From the sequence record NC_042093.1: a stretch of 64,000 nt of DNA; one strand, 5' to 3'. The translations under genes and the position numbers were made by a program. The DNA comes from Klebsiella phage Sugarland. How positions within the stretch are numbered: the first letter of the stretch is position 1; each line of letters begins with the position of its first letter. Shown one piece after another: positions 34,846 through 44,895 of this stretch. The notes beneath the pieces were generated by a model. It was not told where the DNA came from. It did no database searches and saw nothing but the letters and a program-made list of their open reading frames with translations.

Positions 34846-35604
34846 ATGGCTAAATTAACCTGGAACGAAGAAATCACTGCATCCCTGACCGCTAAAGCTA
34901 ACGCCCTGAACGCGACCGTTATCTCTCAGGAAGCTGTTGCTAACATCGCTGCTGAACTGGCTGCTGAAACTGGTAAAGAAGTTACCGCTCGTTCGGTTGG
35001 TTCTAAACTGCGTAAAGAAGGCTTCGAAGTGCAGAAAGCATCCGACGTAACCAAATCTCCATGGACTCCGGGTCAGGAAGATGAGCTGGTTGCATTCCTG
35101 AACGATCATCCAGGTCAGTATACCTACGCTGAAATCGCTGCTGCTGTAGTTGGTGGTGCTTATACCGCTAAACAAGTACAGGGTAAAATCCTGAGCCTGG
35201 AACTGACTGCCGCTGTTAAGCCTACTGAAAAGGCCGCCGCTGTACGTAGCTTTAGCCCGGATCAGGAAGCTGCTTTCATTAACGCCGTTGCCAGTGGCGC
35301 GTCCGTTGAAGCAATCGCTGCTCAGTTTGAACGTACCGTTAAGCAGATCCGTGGTAAAGCTCTGAGCCTGCTGCGTGAAGGCCGTATCGAAGCTATGCCG
35401 GTTCAGGAAGTCTCTAATGCTAAGGCACGTGAAGACGTTCTGGAAGGTCTGAATATCGCTGATATGACCGTTGCTGAGATCGCAGAAGCAACTGGTAAAT
35501 CCGAGCGTGGTGTTAAGTCTATGCTGAGCCGCCGTGGTATCTCTGCTAAGGATCACGATGGTGTTGCTAAGCGCGCTAAACTTGACGCTAAATCCGCCAA
35601 GTAA
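34846..35604 (+). CDS. abundant DNA-binding-type repeat protein (T5 D5-like), four internal repeats
   Basis: Four copies of an approximately 45-aa unit (..AxIAAExGKxxRxVxxKLxxxG..); strongly optimised codon usage. Confidence 0.55.
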   Translation: MAKLTWNEEITASLTAKANALNATVISQEAVANIAAELAAETGKEVTARSVGSKLRKEGFEVQKASDVTKSPWTPGQEDELVAFLNDHPGQYTYAEIAAAVVGGAYTAKQVQGKILSLELTAAVKPTEKAAAVRSFSPDQEAAFINAVASGASVEAIAAQFERTVKQIRGKALSLLREGRIEAMPVQEVSNAKAREDVLEGLNIADMTVAEIAEATGKSERGVKSMLSRRGISAKDHDGVAKRAKLDAKSAK

Positions 35605-35615
35605 TTGATTTGACC

Positions 35616-35655
35616 TGAGGGGAGAGGAATTTTGTTCCTCTCCCCTTTTTCGTTT
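35616..35655 (+). terminator. rho-independent terminator
   Basis: GAGGGGAGAGGAA-TTTT-GTTCCTCTCCCC then TTTTTCG. Confidence 0.65.
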
Positions 35656-35688
35656 AAGTAGACGCTAACGCGGCGTAGAGAGTATCTT

Positions 35689-37167
35689 ATGTATAACGTC
35701 CAAGCAGTAGTTTTGAAAATGCTCCTAGCCTCCGATCAAAAGCAGGTGGCCCTAGAGACATTCTCTAGACTGCGCAAAGATCACTTCAATGACGCATTTA
35801 CCGCGATCTACCAAGCTGTCCAGAATTATTACAAAAAGCATAACGGAATGCCTTCGTTAGATGCTCTGATGCTAGAGTCTAACAGAAACGCAAGGTTGTC
35901 TCAAGCACTAACTGTTTTAGCAAACACTCAGATTCCAGACGTTGACATATCGCATGCGATTCATGTCCTAGAGTCGGAATACACACAGGATCTATTCCTG
36001 AATCTGCTAGAAACTGATGTGTTGCAGGATATTACCATACTGGATCAGGGAGAATTACTTGATCGAGTAGCGGCTCTGCACATGAAGCTAGAGGAACGAG
36101 TAACAACGACTGGTAAGGTCTTCAACGCCGATACTATGCGTGTTTTCAAGAGAAAAGAAGACTCCATGTTAAATCTTATCTCTCTCGGCATCTCAAACGA
36201 ATTTGATGCTCAACTTGGCGGAATTGCCAGAAAAGAAACACTGCTACTCGGTGGATGGCGTGGTACAGGTAAATCAATCATCTGTTCTAACATTCAAGTA
36301 GCCCAGTATTACAACGGGGATATCGCCCCATATTTCTCCATCGAAATGCCAGAGAATGAGGTCTTTAGACGTAACCTAGCCATTATGGCCGGTGTTTCAG
36401 CTAAGGCTATGCGCAATGACTCCTTACAAGGTATTGAACTCAACAAACTTGCGAAGACTCGTGCAAAAATGTTCGAAGGCGGTCTGGAAGTATATAACGA
36501 TTTTGTATCACGTTATACGCTCAACGAGATGAGTGACTTCCATGATATGGAGACTATGCTAATGCAGGAAAGACCCCTGCACACTCCGATGATCATCGTA
36601 TATGATCCGGAGCTTAGTACAGCAACTATTGATGTTGAACTGACTAAGTTAACCTCCAAGTATGGGGATAAGGTAACAATCGCCCTGCTAGACTATATCA
36701 ACCAGGTACGTTTGCCGGATACAAAGACATTAGATATGTATGATTGGAAGCAGCAGATGGTTGTCTCCTCTACGTTCAAGTCTACGTGCCAAAAGCATAA
36801 CGTTGCTGGTGTAGCTCCTTACCAGATTGACCAACAGGGTAACGCCCGTATGGCAAGAGGTATTCTCGATTCCTGTGATATGGCTGCAAATCTAAATGCT
36901 GCTAAACAGAACGAGGGGCATGACGGTGCAATCAAGTTTGACTTCGTAAAAACTCGTAACTCCGAGGGTATGACATTCATGCCGAAGATCAACTGGAACT
37001 CATTACGTATGGATCAGACTTCTGATCTTAAACTAGAGGACATTCGTCAGATGGAAGCAGAGTTTGTTATCCCACTTGAAAGCGACAAACCGAAAGACAA
37101 ACCAAAAAGGAAAAAGGCTTCGGATGAGGATACTAATCCCACCGGAGAATCCTCAAGAGACTTATGA
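35689..37167 (+). CDS. DnaB-like replicative helicase
   Basis: Walker A GGWRGTGKS; RecA-like C-terminal domain; 492 aa. Confidence 0.8.
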   Translation: MYNVQAVVLKMLLASDQKQVALETFSRLRKDHFNDAFTAIYQAVQNYYKKHNGMPSLDALMLESNRNARLSQALTVLANTQIPDVDISHAIHVLESEYTQDLFLNLLETDVLQDITILDQGELLDRVAALHMKLEERVTTTGKVFNADTMRVFKRKEDSMLNLISLGISNEFDAQLGGIARKETLLLGGWRGTGKSIICSNIQVAQYYNGDIAPYFSIEMPENEVFRRNLAIMAGVSAKAMRNDSLQGIELNKLAKTRAKMFEGGLEVYNDFVSRYTLNEMSDFHDMETMLMQERPLHTPMIIVYDPELSTATIDVELTKLTSKYGDKVTIALLDYINQVRLPDTKTLDMYDWKQQMVVSSTFKSTCQKHNVAGVAPYQIDQQGNARMARGILDSCDMAANLNAAKQNEGHDGAIKFDFVKTRNSEGMTFMPKINWNSLRMDQTSDLKLEDIRQMEAEFVIPLESDKPKDKPKRKKASDEDTNPTGESSRDL

Positions 37168-38048
37168 GTAGAATAACCGAGCTTTTAGATCTCAAAGGGA
37201 TTGAATACAGAGATACGGGTGGGGACATCCTCATCCGCTGTCTCAATCCTGATCATGAGGATGCTCATCCGAGTTTGCGTGTTGACCCCGACTCCGGGGT
37301 TTTTCACTGCCTAAGCTGCGGATTTGGTCGTGGTATACCAAGCATCTTTCATTACTTCAATGAAGAACAGTACAGGACGTCCCCTAGACTCCTGAAAGTT
37401 CGTAGAATGATTAGTGACCTCCGAACTGAGGGTCGCAGTCTAGAAATTCCTGAATCAGCCATGATATTCGACCAAGACTTTCGTGGTATCAAAGCAGAGA
37501 CTTTCAAAAAGTACTTTGCATTCCAACAAACAGAGGACTGGGAAGGTCGTGTAGTGTTTCCTATTACGGATGCCGTAGGGAGAAACTTATTCTTCTTAGG
37601 CCGTAATATGGATAGCTCTGCCCCTCCGAAATATATGATTAGACCAAAGAAGGTCTCCCCACCAATCTTCCCTGTTCGATATAACACCCCAGCCCTAATC
37701 CTAGTCGAAGGTATATTCGACATGTTGAATCTAGAAGATAAAGGTTGCCATAACGTTTCATGTTGTTTTGGTACTCACCAGTTCTCACTAGATAACATTG
37801 CAGATAAATTCATGCCGTTCCAAATCGCCGGTACGACTCACGTAGTCATCATATTGGATAATGATAAGTCCGGTAATGAGGCGGCTAAGAAGTTGGCCAA
37901 ATTAATCCGTGATAAGACTAGAATTATACCAATTATAGGTAACTTCTTGCTTCCAGAGGGCAAAGACCCTGGAGACCTAGATGCTGAAGAAGTCGACCAG
38001 CTCATCAGAAACGTAGAAATCTTGATTGCCGAACATGTCAAGATTTGA
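37164..38048 (+). CDS. DnaG-type DNA primase (zinc-binding plus TOPRIM)
   Basis: CLNPDHEDAHPSLRVD...HCLSCG zinc finger; TOPRIM LVEG...DNDKSG. Confidence 0.8.
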   Translation: MSRITELLDLKGIEYRDTGGDILIRCLNPDHEDAHPSLRVDPDSGVFHCLSCGFGRGIPSIFHYFNEEQYRTSPRLLKVRRMISDLRTEGRSLEIPESAMIFDQDFRGIKAETFKKYFAFQQTEDWEGRVVFPITDAVGRNLFFLGRNMDSSAPPKYMIRPKKVSPPIFPVRYNTPALILVEGIFDMLNLEDKGCHNVSCCFGTHQFSLDNIADKFMPFQIAGTTHVVIILDNDKSGNEAAKKLAKLIRDKTRIIPIIGNFLLPEGKDPGDLDAEEVDQLIRNVEILIAEHVKI

Positions 38049-38054
38049 TATAAT
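38026..38054 (+). promoter_or_regulatory. sigma70 promoter for the DNA polymerase gene
   Basis: TTGCCG, 17-bp spacer, TATAAT. Confidence 0.45.
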
Positions 38055-38115
38055 AATTGGGTAAGTTTGAGAAGAAACACTGACGTTTTACTTGCTTACC
38101 TAATAGGAGAAATCA

Positions 38116-40686
38116 ATGAAAATTGCAGTTGTAGACAAATCACCGAATAACGTCCGCTATCAGAAACACTTCGAACTCTTCGACCATGAGGTTGAGACCT
38201 TCTTCATGGCTAGTGAGAAAGTAACCGGGCGACTGCTCAAGAAACATATCACTATCGGAACACCGGAGAACCCGTTCAATCCGGAAGATTTTGATTACGT
38301 TATTCTGGTAGGTGCAGACCCGTTCTTGAAGTTTGCAGCTAAGAAAGGCATTTCCGATTACTCAGGTAAACGTGTTGAGCACGATGGGTATGCTAACTGG
38401 ATTGCAAGTATCAGTCCGGCCCAGCTCCACTTTAAACCGGAAATGAAGCCTGTATTTGAAGCCACAGTAGAGAGCATTCATGCCATTCTCAATGGTCGTG
38501 AAAAACGCTCCAAAGCAGGTGATTACCGCCCGATTCAGTGCCCGGATGAAGCCGAAGCATACGTGAAGATGGTGTATACCATGTGTCCCGGTATGATCGC
38601 ATACGACTCCGAAACCAGTGCGCTGTATTGCCGAGATGGTTACATGTTGGGGATCTCAATCTCCCACCAAGAGTACCAGGGCGTGTATATTGATGCAGAC
38701 GTCATCACAGAAAATACCGTCTATTACTTACAGAAGCTGTTCGATAGTCCGGAACATGGCGTTGTGTTCCATAACTTGAAGTTTGATATGCACTTCTACT
38801 GTTATCATTTAGGTCTATCCTTTGATAAGGCAGCAGAAGAGAAACGCCTCCACGATACCATGCTGATGCACTACGCCCTAGATGAACGACGTGGTACACA
38901 CGGTTTGAAATCTTTGGCGATGAAGTATACCGATATGGGGGATTACGATTTTGAACTCGACCAGTTCAAGGAGACGTATTGCAAGACGCATAAGATCAAG
39001 AAAGAGGATTTCTCGTATGATCTCATTCCGTTTGATATCATGTGGCCTTACGCAGCGAAGGATACCGATGCAACACTGCGTCTATCCAATTTCTTCCTGC
39101 CAAAAGTCGAAGCTAACCCTCGACTGAAGTCTCTGTATTACGATGTACTGATGCCAGGATGTGTATTCTTACAGCGCATGGAAGACCGTGGTGTACCGAT
39201 CTCCAAAGATCGTCTGAAAGAGGCTCAGGTTCAGTTAATGACTGCGCTACAGCTCGCAAAAGCTAAGCTGTACGAGTATCCCGAGGTTCGTAAGCTAGAG
39301 GAAGATCAAGGCTCGGTGTTTAACGCAGCCTCTGTTGTGCAGCTTCGTAAGCTCCTGTTCGATTATGTTGGCTTAACCCCAACTGGTATCATGACAGATA
39401 CCGGTGCAGATTCCACTGGCGCAGATGCCCTGAAAGAACTTTCAGACCAGCATCCGATAGCTAAGACTCTGTTAGAGATTCGTAAGATCTCCAAGCTGCT
39501 CTCGACGTATATCGAGAAGATGCTGATCAGTATTGATGCTGACGGTTGCATTCGTACCGGATTCCATATCCATATGACTACCTCCGGTCGTCTGAGTTCG
39601 TCCGGTAAGCTGAACCTCCAGCAGTTACCCCGTGATGAGTCTGTTATTAAAGGTTGTATTGTTGCCCCTGTAGGTTATCGCATTATCGCATGGGACTTAA
39701 CAACTGCTGAGATTTACTATGCCGCTGTACTGTCTGGTGACATTAACATGCAGCAAGTGTTTATTAACATGCAGAACGACCCGGAAAACTACTCGGACTT
39801 CCACGGTTCAATCGCACACATGGTATTTGCTCTGCCGTGTAAACCGACTGAGGTTAAAAAGCTGTATCCTGCACTGCGTCAGGCTGCAAAAGCGATTTCG
39901 TTCGGTATTCTTTATGGCTCTGGCCCAGCTAAAGTAGCAGCGTCAGTAAACGAAGCTCTCCTAGAAGAGCACATGAAGACTGGTAAACCGTACACTGAAT
40001 GTACCACTGGTGATGCGAAAGAGTACATCGAAACCTACTTTGGCCGATTCCCTCAGCTTAAGAAATGGATCGATAAATCTCACTCTCAAATCCAGACTAA
40101 CGGCTTCATTTACAGCCACTTTGGCCGTAAGCGTCGTCTGCACAACATTAACTCCGAAGACCGTGGTGTACAGGGTGAAGAACTGCGTTCTGGTTTCAAC
40201 GCCATCATTCAGTCTGCATCTTCTGATAGTCTCCTGCTAGGTGCTATCGATACCGATAATGAGATTCGCTCTCTTGGTCTGCAGGACGAAATGAAAATTA
40301 TCATGCTGGTTCACGACTCCGTGGTTGCCATTGTTCGTGAGGATTTGGTTGATCAGTACAACGAGATGCTAATCCGTAACATTCAGGTAGACCGTGGCAT
40401 TAGTATTCCGGGCTGTCCTATTGGTATCGACTCTGACTCAGAGGCTGGTGGTTCTCGTGATTACTCCTGTGGTAAAATCAAGAAACAGCGTCCTTCTGTT
40501 GCTTGCATTGAGGACAAGGAGTTTGAGGAGAAAGTACGTAGTATTATCGGTATGGAGGACTTCGATTACGCTGCTATTGCGGCTAACGATGAAAACCACC
40601 CTGATCACGATAAGTACGCCAATATTAAGTTCTTGCCGGAAATCAGCAAAGATATTGTCAACGTTCGCAGGGTTCTTGGTGCTTAA
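38116..40686 (+). CDS. family A DNA polymerase (T5 DNA polymerase-like, 856 aa)
   Basis: 3'-5' exonuclease motifs (YDSETSAL); Pol A motifs A/B/C (DLTTAEIYYAA, KAISFGILYG, VHDSVV). Confidence 0.95.
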   Translation: MKIAVVDKSPNNVRYQKHFELFDHEVETFFMASEKVTGRLLKKHITIGTPENPFNPEDFDYVILVGADPFLKFAAKKGISDYSGKRVEHDGYANWIASISPAQLHFKPEMKPVFEATVESIHAILNGREKRSKAGDYRPIQCPDEAEAYVKMVYTMCPGMIAYDSETSALYCRDGYMLGISISHQEYQGVYIDADVITENTVYYLQKLFDSPEHGVVFHNLKFDMHFYCYHLGLSFDKAAEEKRLHDTMLMHYALDERRGTHGLKSLAMKYTDMGDYDFELDQFKETYCKTHKIKKEDFSYDLIPFDIMWPYAAKDTDATLRLSNFFLPKVEANPRLKSLYYDVLMPGCVFLQRMEDRGVPISKDRLKEAQVQLMTALQLAKAKLYEYPEVRKLEEDQGSVFNAASVVQLRKLLFDYVGLTPTGIMTDTGADSTGADALKELSDQHPIAKTLLEIRKISKLLSTYIEKMLISIDADGCIRTGFHIHMTTSGRLSSSGKLNLQQLPRDESVIKGCIVAPVGYRIIAWDLTTAEIYYAAVLSGDINMQQVFINMQNDPENYSDFHGSIAHMVFALPCKPTEVKKLYPALRQAAKAISFGILYGSGPAKVAASVNEALLEEHMKTGKPYTECTTGDAKEYIETYFGRFPQLKKWIDKSHSQIQTNGFIYSHFGRKRRLHNINSEDRGVQGEELRSGFNAIIQSASSDSLLLGAIDTDNEIRSLGLQDEMKIIMLVHDSVVAIVREDLVDQYNEMLIRNIQVDRGISIPGCPIGIDSDSEAGGSRDYSCGKIKKQRPSVACIEDKEFEEKVRSIIGMEDFDYAAIAANDENHPDHDKYANIKFLPEISKDIVNVRRVLGA

Positions 40687-40777
40687 CTTTAGCTTACCAG
40701 TATATGCTTTAAGGGCTTATGATGTACTCTTCCAAGAGGGGGAGTACATTGTTATCCAGACGAGATTTACAAGGTAT

Positions 40778-41176
40778 GTGCTGGACAACCCAAGCCTTCC
40801 TGGGACATTCTCTCAGCGAAGGCTTTTTCTTTATGGTGAGCGGGAAAATTTACCTTACAAGCTCTATCCATTAAAGAAACAGTTCAAGTACTTATCTCAA
40901 ATAATAAATTCTGGACTAAAGCATTTCATCGACTCCACAGGTAAGATAGTAACATGGAAGCCTACAACTTACTATAACATTATCACGGAACGCGTTAGAG
41001 GATCAACTAGAATCTTCAACGGAAAGTACCAGTGTTATGTCAAGAACGTTCCATATCCTTTCTTACTTAGTGAACCTGCCAACTATATCTCGTACGCGTT
41101 GGTTCGCGGTTCACCAGTTATTTTTGATACGCACGAAGAGGAGCCAGAAACTCCTAGACTTAGAGTTAAGATATGA
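40778..41176 (+). CDS. hypothetical protein (about 133 aa, GTG start inferred)
   Basis: The listed ORF 40394..41176 overlaps the polymerase gene; no in-frame ATG after the polymerase stop, so the start is uncertain. Confidence 0.35.
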   Translation: MLDNPSLPGTFSQRRLFLYGERENLPYKLYPLKKQFKYLSQIINSGLKHFIDSTGKIVTWKPTTYYNIITERVRGSTRIFNGKYQCYVKNVPYPFLLSEPANYISYALVRGSPVIFDTHEEEPETPRLRVKI

Positions 41177-42531
41177 AGATAGTTATATCTAATAAAATCT
41201 ATTGTAAACCCAGCGACGAACTGTGGGAATACTTATTAAAACACACTTCATACCAGATCTTTAAACCTGGGGCGAAGTATCCTCTAATGTTCCAGAACTC
41301 TGGATCGGTAGGTAAGGAAATCAAGTGGTTCCCAGTAACCAGATTAGATCTGCTAGAATCTTTCGGGCAAAAAGTGACAGAGGTCGTGGATAAACGTACC
41401 TTGGTTCCTGTCGATATGCCAAAGCCATCGTTTACCCTGAGATCCGGAGATCAGCTCCCTATATATGAAGACTGTAACGATACGTGCATTATTAATGGTA
41501 AGCCCGGGTTCGGTAAAACAATCCTCGCTCTCGCTATCGCCCATAAACTTGGGCAAAAAACGTTAGTTATATGTACCAACACTACCATTCGAGCTATGTG
41601 GGAAAAGGAGGTACGCAAGTTCTTCGGGATTGAGCCAGGAGTCATTGGGTCGGGCAAATTTAATATCGATTCGCCTATCGTTATTAGTAATATACAGACA
41701 GTTAACAAACACGGAGCCGCCTTGGCAAAAGAATTCGGCACCGTTATTGTTGACGAAGTGCATCACTGCGTTGCCACCACGTTCACCAAGTTTCTAGAAC
41801 AGTCTTCGGCACGATATAAAATCGGGCTATCCGGTACATTAAAACGTAAGGATGGGCTACAGGTTATGTTTAAGGACTATTTTGGAACGAAAGTGTATAG
41901 TCCTCCGGTAAATAACACTCTGCCACCTACTATCCATAGGTTTGCGCTAAAAACGCAGGTTTCTGGAAATATGAATGTGCCGTGGGCGATAAGAGCTAAC
42001 GATGTGTATTCGCAGCCAGAGTACTTTCAACAGGTTGTTGATTTGTGCGAATTATATTCGATGGCAGGTCATAAAGTCCTATTTGTGTCCGATCGTATAG
42101 ATCTGATTGAGAGAGTTACGAATGCTTTGGAACTCAGGGGTGTGAAGACCTACACGATTACCGGTGTAACTTCGCTCGATGATAGGGAGCAGGTACAGAT
42201 TGACGTGACCAATGATGGTCCATGTGTATTAGCGGCCTCCCAAAGCATCTTCTCTGAGGGTGTATCATTAAATGCTTTATCGTGTTTAGTGTTAGGCTCT
42301 TTAATAAATAACGAATCTCTAATCGAACAGTTGGCAGGTCGTGTCCAACGTATGGCAGATGATAAGTTAGATCCAATTCTCGTGGATCTGAAGCTAGGAG
42401 GTGTAGGATTCAAGCAGGCGGCAGGTAGAGAAGCGGTATATCGTCTCAATGGGTGGGAAGTTCTTGACTTTAACGAGAAGAATATGGTAAACTTAGATAA
42501 AATTCTGTTTGCTAAGAACCCCAAAGTTTGA
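41173..42531 (+). CDS. SF2 DNA helicase (T5 D10-like)
   Basis: Walker A GKPGFGKT; DEAH-like VIVDEVHH; helicase C motifs. Confidence 0.8.
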   Translation: MKIVISNKIYCKPSDELWEYLLKHTSYQIFKPGAKYPLMFQNSGSVGKEIKWFPVTRLDLLESFGQKVTEVVDKRTLVPVDMPKPSFTLRSGDQLPIYEDCNDTCIINGKPGFGKTILALAIAHKLGQKTLVICTNTTIRAMWEKEVRKFFGIEPGVIGSGKFNIDSPIVISNIQTVNKHGAALAKEFGTVIVDEVHHCVATTFTKFLEQSSARYKIGLSGTLKRKDGLQVMFKDYFGTKVYSPPVNNTLPPTIHRFALKTQVSGNMNVPWAIRANDVYSQPEYFQQVVDLCELYSMAGHKVLFVSDRIDLIERVTNALELRGVKTYTITGVTSLDDREQVQIDVTNDGPCVLAASQSIFSEGVSLNALSCLVLGSLINNESLIEQLAGRVQRMADDKLDPILVDLKLGGVGFKQAAGREAVYRLNGWEVLDFNEKNMVNLDKILFAKNPKV

Positions 42532-42537
42532 TATAAT
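42509..42537 (+). promoter_or_regulatory. T5-type strong sigma70 promoter (first of three in tandem)
   Basis: TTGCTA, 17-bp spacer, TATAAT. Confidence 0.55.
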
Positions 42538-42600
42538 ATTTATATTGAATTGAGAGACAGATTTACAAAGAAGAGTTAAGCAAATAGTTAAAAATTTCAG

Positions 42601-42629
42601 TTGCTGAGTCCTCAAAAATACGATATAAT
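42601..42629 (+). promoter_or_regulatory. T5-type strong sigma70 promoter (second of three)
   Basis: AAAAATTTCAG-TTGCTG, 17-bp spacer, TATAAT. Confidence 0.6.
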
Positions 42630-42699
42630 ATCTGTATAAATTAATGGGAACAGCAACTGAATCTTCGGAAAGTCCGAAGCAGAAAAATAAAAAACTTAG

Positions 42700-42729
42700 T
42701 TGCTAAATTCTCTCAAAATGGTGTATAAT
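42700..42729 (+). promoter_or_regulatory. T5-type strong sigma70 promoter (third of three)
   Basis: AAAAAACTTAG-TTGCTA, 18-bp spacer, TATAAT. Confidence 0.55.
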
Positions 42730-42733
42730 AATC

Positions 42734-43087
42734 ATGTTGTTTTATGATTACGAAAAAATTTACATATTAGCGCGAGGTAACTCATCGCTGATTGTACAGA
42801 TTATCAGACGAATGGTTGAAGATCCCGAAGCTCATGTGATGTTAACGGGTAGATCATTTATCTTGAACGAAGATACAATCGTTTATAACAAACGAAAGCT
42901 GTCAGACCGACAGTTGGCTGAGTATCTAGGACTTTTGAGTTTTAGAAACTATGCCGAATATAGCTTCTCGAAGGATTCTTCACTGGATATGCAATATATC
43001 CCGCCGTGGGTTCCTAGAGTAGTTATCGAGCACCACCCACTAATCGCAATCAACAAGTCAAAATTGACATTTATCGAGGAAAAATAA
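42734..43087 (+). CDS. hypothetical protein (117 aa)
   Basis: ORF track. The listed ATG lies only 4 nt past a -10 element, so the true start may be internal. Confidence 0.35.
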   Translation: MLFYDYEKIYILARGNSSLIVQIIRRMVEDPEAHVMLTGRSFILNEDTIVYNKRKLSDRQLAEYLGLLSFRNYAEYSFSKDSSLDMQYIPPWVPRVVIEHHPLIAINKSKLTFIEEK

Positions 43088-43089
43088 AT

Positions 43090-43863
43090 ATGGCTACTAA
43101 ATCTTGGGGTTCTACTACTGGCGGTTCTAACGGCGACAAACTGGACTACATGAAGTTCAACAACGGTAAGAACGTTGTGCGTATCGTTTCCGGCGTTCTC
43201 CCGCGTTATGTGTACTGGATTCAGAACAAAGAAGGTAAACCGGCCCCGTTTGAGTGCCTGCGTTTCGACCGTGAAAAAGAGCGTTTCATCCGTGGAGCAT
43301 CCGATCCGGTTCACGACATGGGCTTCAAAGATCCGGAGAAGAAAGATGGTAAGGCTCAGCCGCTGCGTCCTAAGAAAAACTACCTGGCCGTTGTTATCGA
43401 CCGTACTGATAACAAACTGAAGCTGATGGAAGTTAAGGCAACCATCCTGACTGGTATCCACTCCATCATGGCCCAGCTGAATCTGGAAGATCCGGGTGAA
43501 ATCGATATCACTATCTCCAAATCCGGTACTGGCTTCGATACTAAGTACGATGTACAGCAGATCGCTGCAATGCAGTTCCAGATGGCTAAAAATCAGCCGG
43601 GTTCTAAAGAGGCCGCTCTGCATGAAGCCGACGTTGCTCTGATTGGTGAGGCTCTGTACAACGAAGCAGACGAATTCGAAGGCTTCGAAAAAGTGCCTAA
43701 ACTGGATGTTACCTACCCGGTTCCGTCCTATGACGAGCAGAAGAAAGCAATCCAGGCATGGCTGGAAGGTAAGAAAGATGAGGAGGGCGATGAATCTAAA
43801 GGTAATGAAGGTTCCGCGAACTCCGGTAACATCGATCACGAAGCAGCTTCTGACCTCGATTAA
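43090..43863 (+). CDS. probable single-stranded DNA-binding protein with acidic C-terminal tail
   Basis: Highly optimised codons; acidic tail EEGDESKGNEGSANSGNIDHEAASDLD; RBS GAGGAAAAATAAATATG. Confidence 0.5.
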   Translation: MATKSWGSTTGGSNGDKLDYMKFNNGKNVVRIVSGVLPRYVYWIQNKEGKPAPFECLRFDREKERFIRGASDPVHDMGFKDPEKKDGKAQPLRPKKNYLAVVIDRTDNKLKLMEVKATILTGIHSIMAQLNLEDPGEIDITISKSGTGFDTKYDVQQIAAMQFQMAKNQPGSKEAALHEADVALIGEALYNEADEFEGFEKVPKLDVTYPVPSYDEQKKAIQAWLEGKKDEEGDESKGNEGSANSGNIDHEAASDLD

Positions 43864-43869
43864 TCCAAA

Positions 43870-43898
43870 CAAGGGGAGCTTCGGCTCCCTTTTATTTT
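43870..43898 (+). terminator. rho-independent terminator
   Basis: GGGGAGC-TTCG-GCTCCCC then TTTTATTTT. Confidence 0.65.
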
Positions 43899-44895
43899 GA
43901 CTATGAAAATACTTTTCTCAGCAGATCATCACATCAAGCTAGGGGCGAAGAACGTTCCTCAGGAATGGCAGAAAAATCGGTTTATCCTTCTCGGTGAAAA
44001 GCTGGACGAAGTGTTTGGAGCTACCGGGTGCGACCTCCATATTATTGGTGGTGACATCATGGATGTTTCAGACCCGTCTTCAGAAGAAGTTGAACTACTG
44101 TTTGCATTCCTAGCTACCCTCCACCATCCTGGTATTATTTACACCGGGAACCACGAAATGAAATCTAAAACGATTTCTTGCCTGGATCACTATGCAGCAG
44201 CAATTAGCGACGCAACAGACGGGCTTTGGAAAGTCGTCAAAGACTACCGATCTCCAGAGTTCGATATCATCCCTTACAGCAGCCTTCACAAAGCTAGTTG
44301 GAAGCCCAGAGTTTCAGACATTTGCTTCACGCATGTCAGAGGTGCAATCCCGCCTCATGTCGTACCAGAAATCGACCTTGAAAGATTCGTCGAACATGGG
44401 TACTCCAAAGTATTTGCAGGCGATCTCCACAGCTACAAGAACAGCCAAAAGATCGGAGACGTTGACCTGCTCTATCCCGGATCTCCGCTTACAACTTCGT
44501 TTCACAGAGAAAGGACGAAAGGAACTAACGGAGCTTTTATCATCGATACGGTCTTGCCAAGAGACCATGAGCACTACCTTTCGTGGGTTGAACTGGGAGA
44601 TCTTCCACAGCTCATACGAAAAACTATTGAAGTCGGCGAGCCAATGGAAGCCGATGCGTATGACAGAGTTATATACGAAGTCACCGGCGACGTATCCCAA
44701 CTCAAAACGTTAAAGAACAGCGAACTGTTAGATAAGAAGATCAATAACCGTGTCACCAAAGATGCTAAGTTAGATCTAGACGATATGTCACTGCTACAGG
44801 AGCTGGATACTTATTTCACAAACGTGCAGAAACTAGACGAAGCGTCTAGAACTCGCATATTAAAGAGAGCCGCTGAGTATGTCGATAGTAATTAA
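43897..44895 (+). CDS. SbcD/Mre11-like nuclease subunit (T5 D12-like)
   Basis: Calcineurin-like phosphoesterase motifs (FSADHH, GGDIMD, GNHE). Confidence 0.8.
   Translation: MTMKILFSADHHIKLGAKNVPQEWQKNRFILLGEKLDEVFGATGCDLHIIGGDIMDVSDPSSEEVELLFAFLATLHHPGIIYTGNHEMKSKTISCLDHYAAAISDATDGLWKVVKDYRSPEFDIIPYSSLHKASWKPRVSDICFTHVRGAIPPHVVPEIDLERFVEHGYSKVFAGDLHSYKNSQKIGDVDLLYPGSPLTTSFHRERTKGTNGAFIIDTVLPRDHEHYLSWVELGDLPQLIRKTIEVGEPMEADAYDRVIYEVTGDVSQLKTLKNSELLDKKINNRVTKDAKLDLDDMSLLQELDTYFTNVQKLDEASRTRILKRAAEYVDSN

Noticed and set aside
34855-35556. 233-aa minus-strand ORF
   Set aside because: Antisense mirror of the repeat-protein gene.
42949-43872. 307-aa minus-strand ORF
   Set aside because: Antisense to the codon-optimised SSB-like gene.
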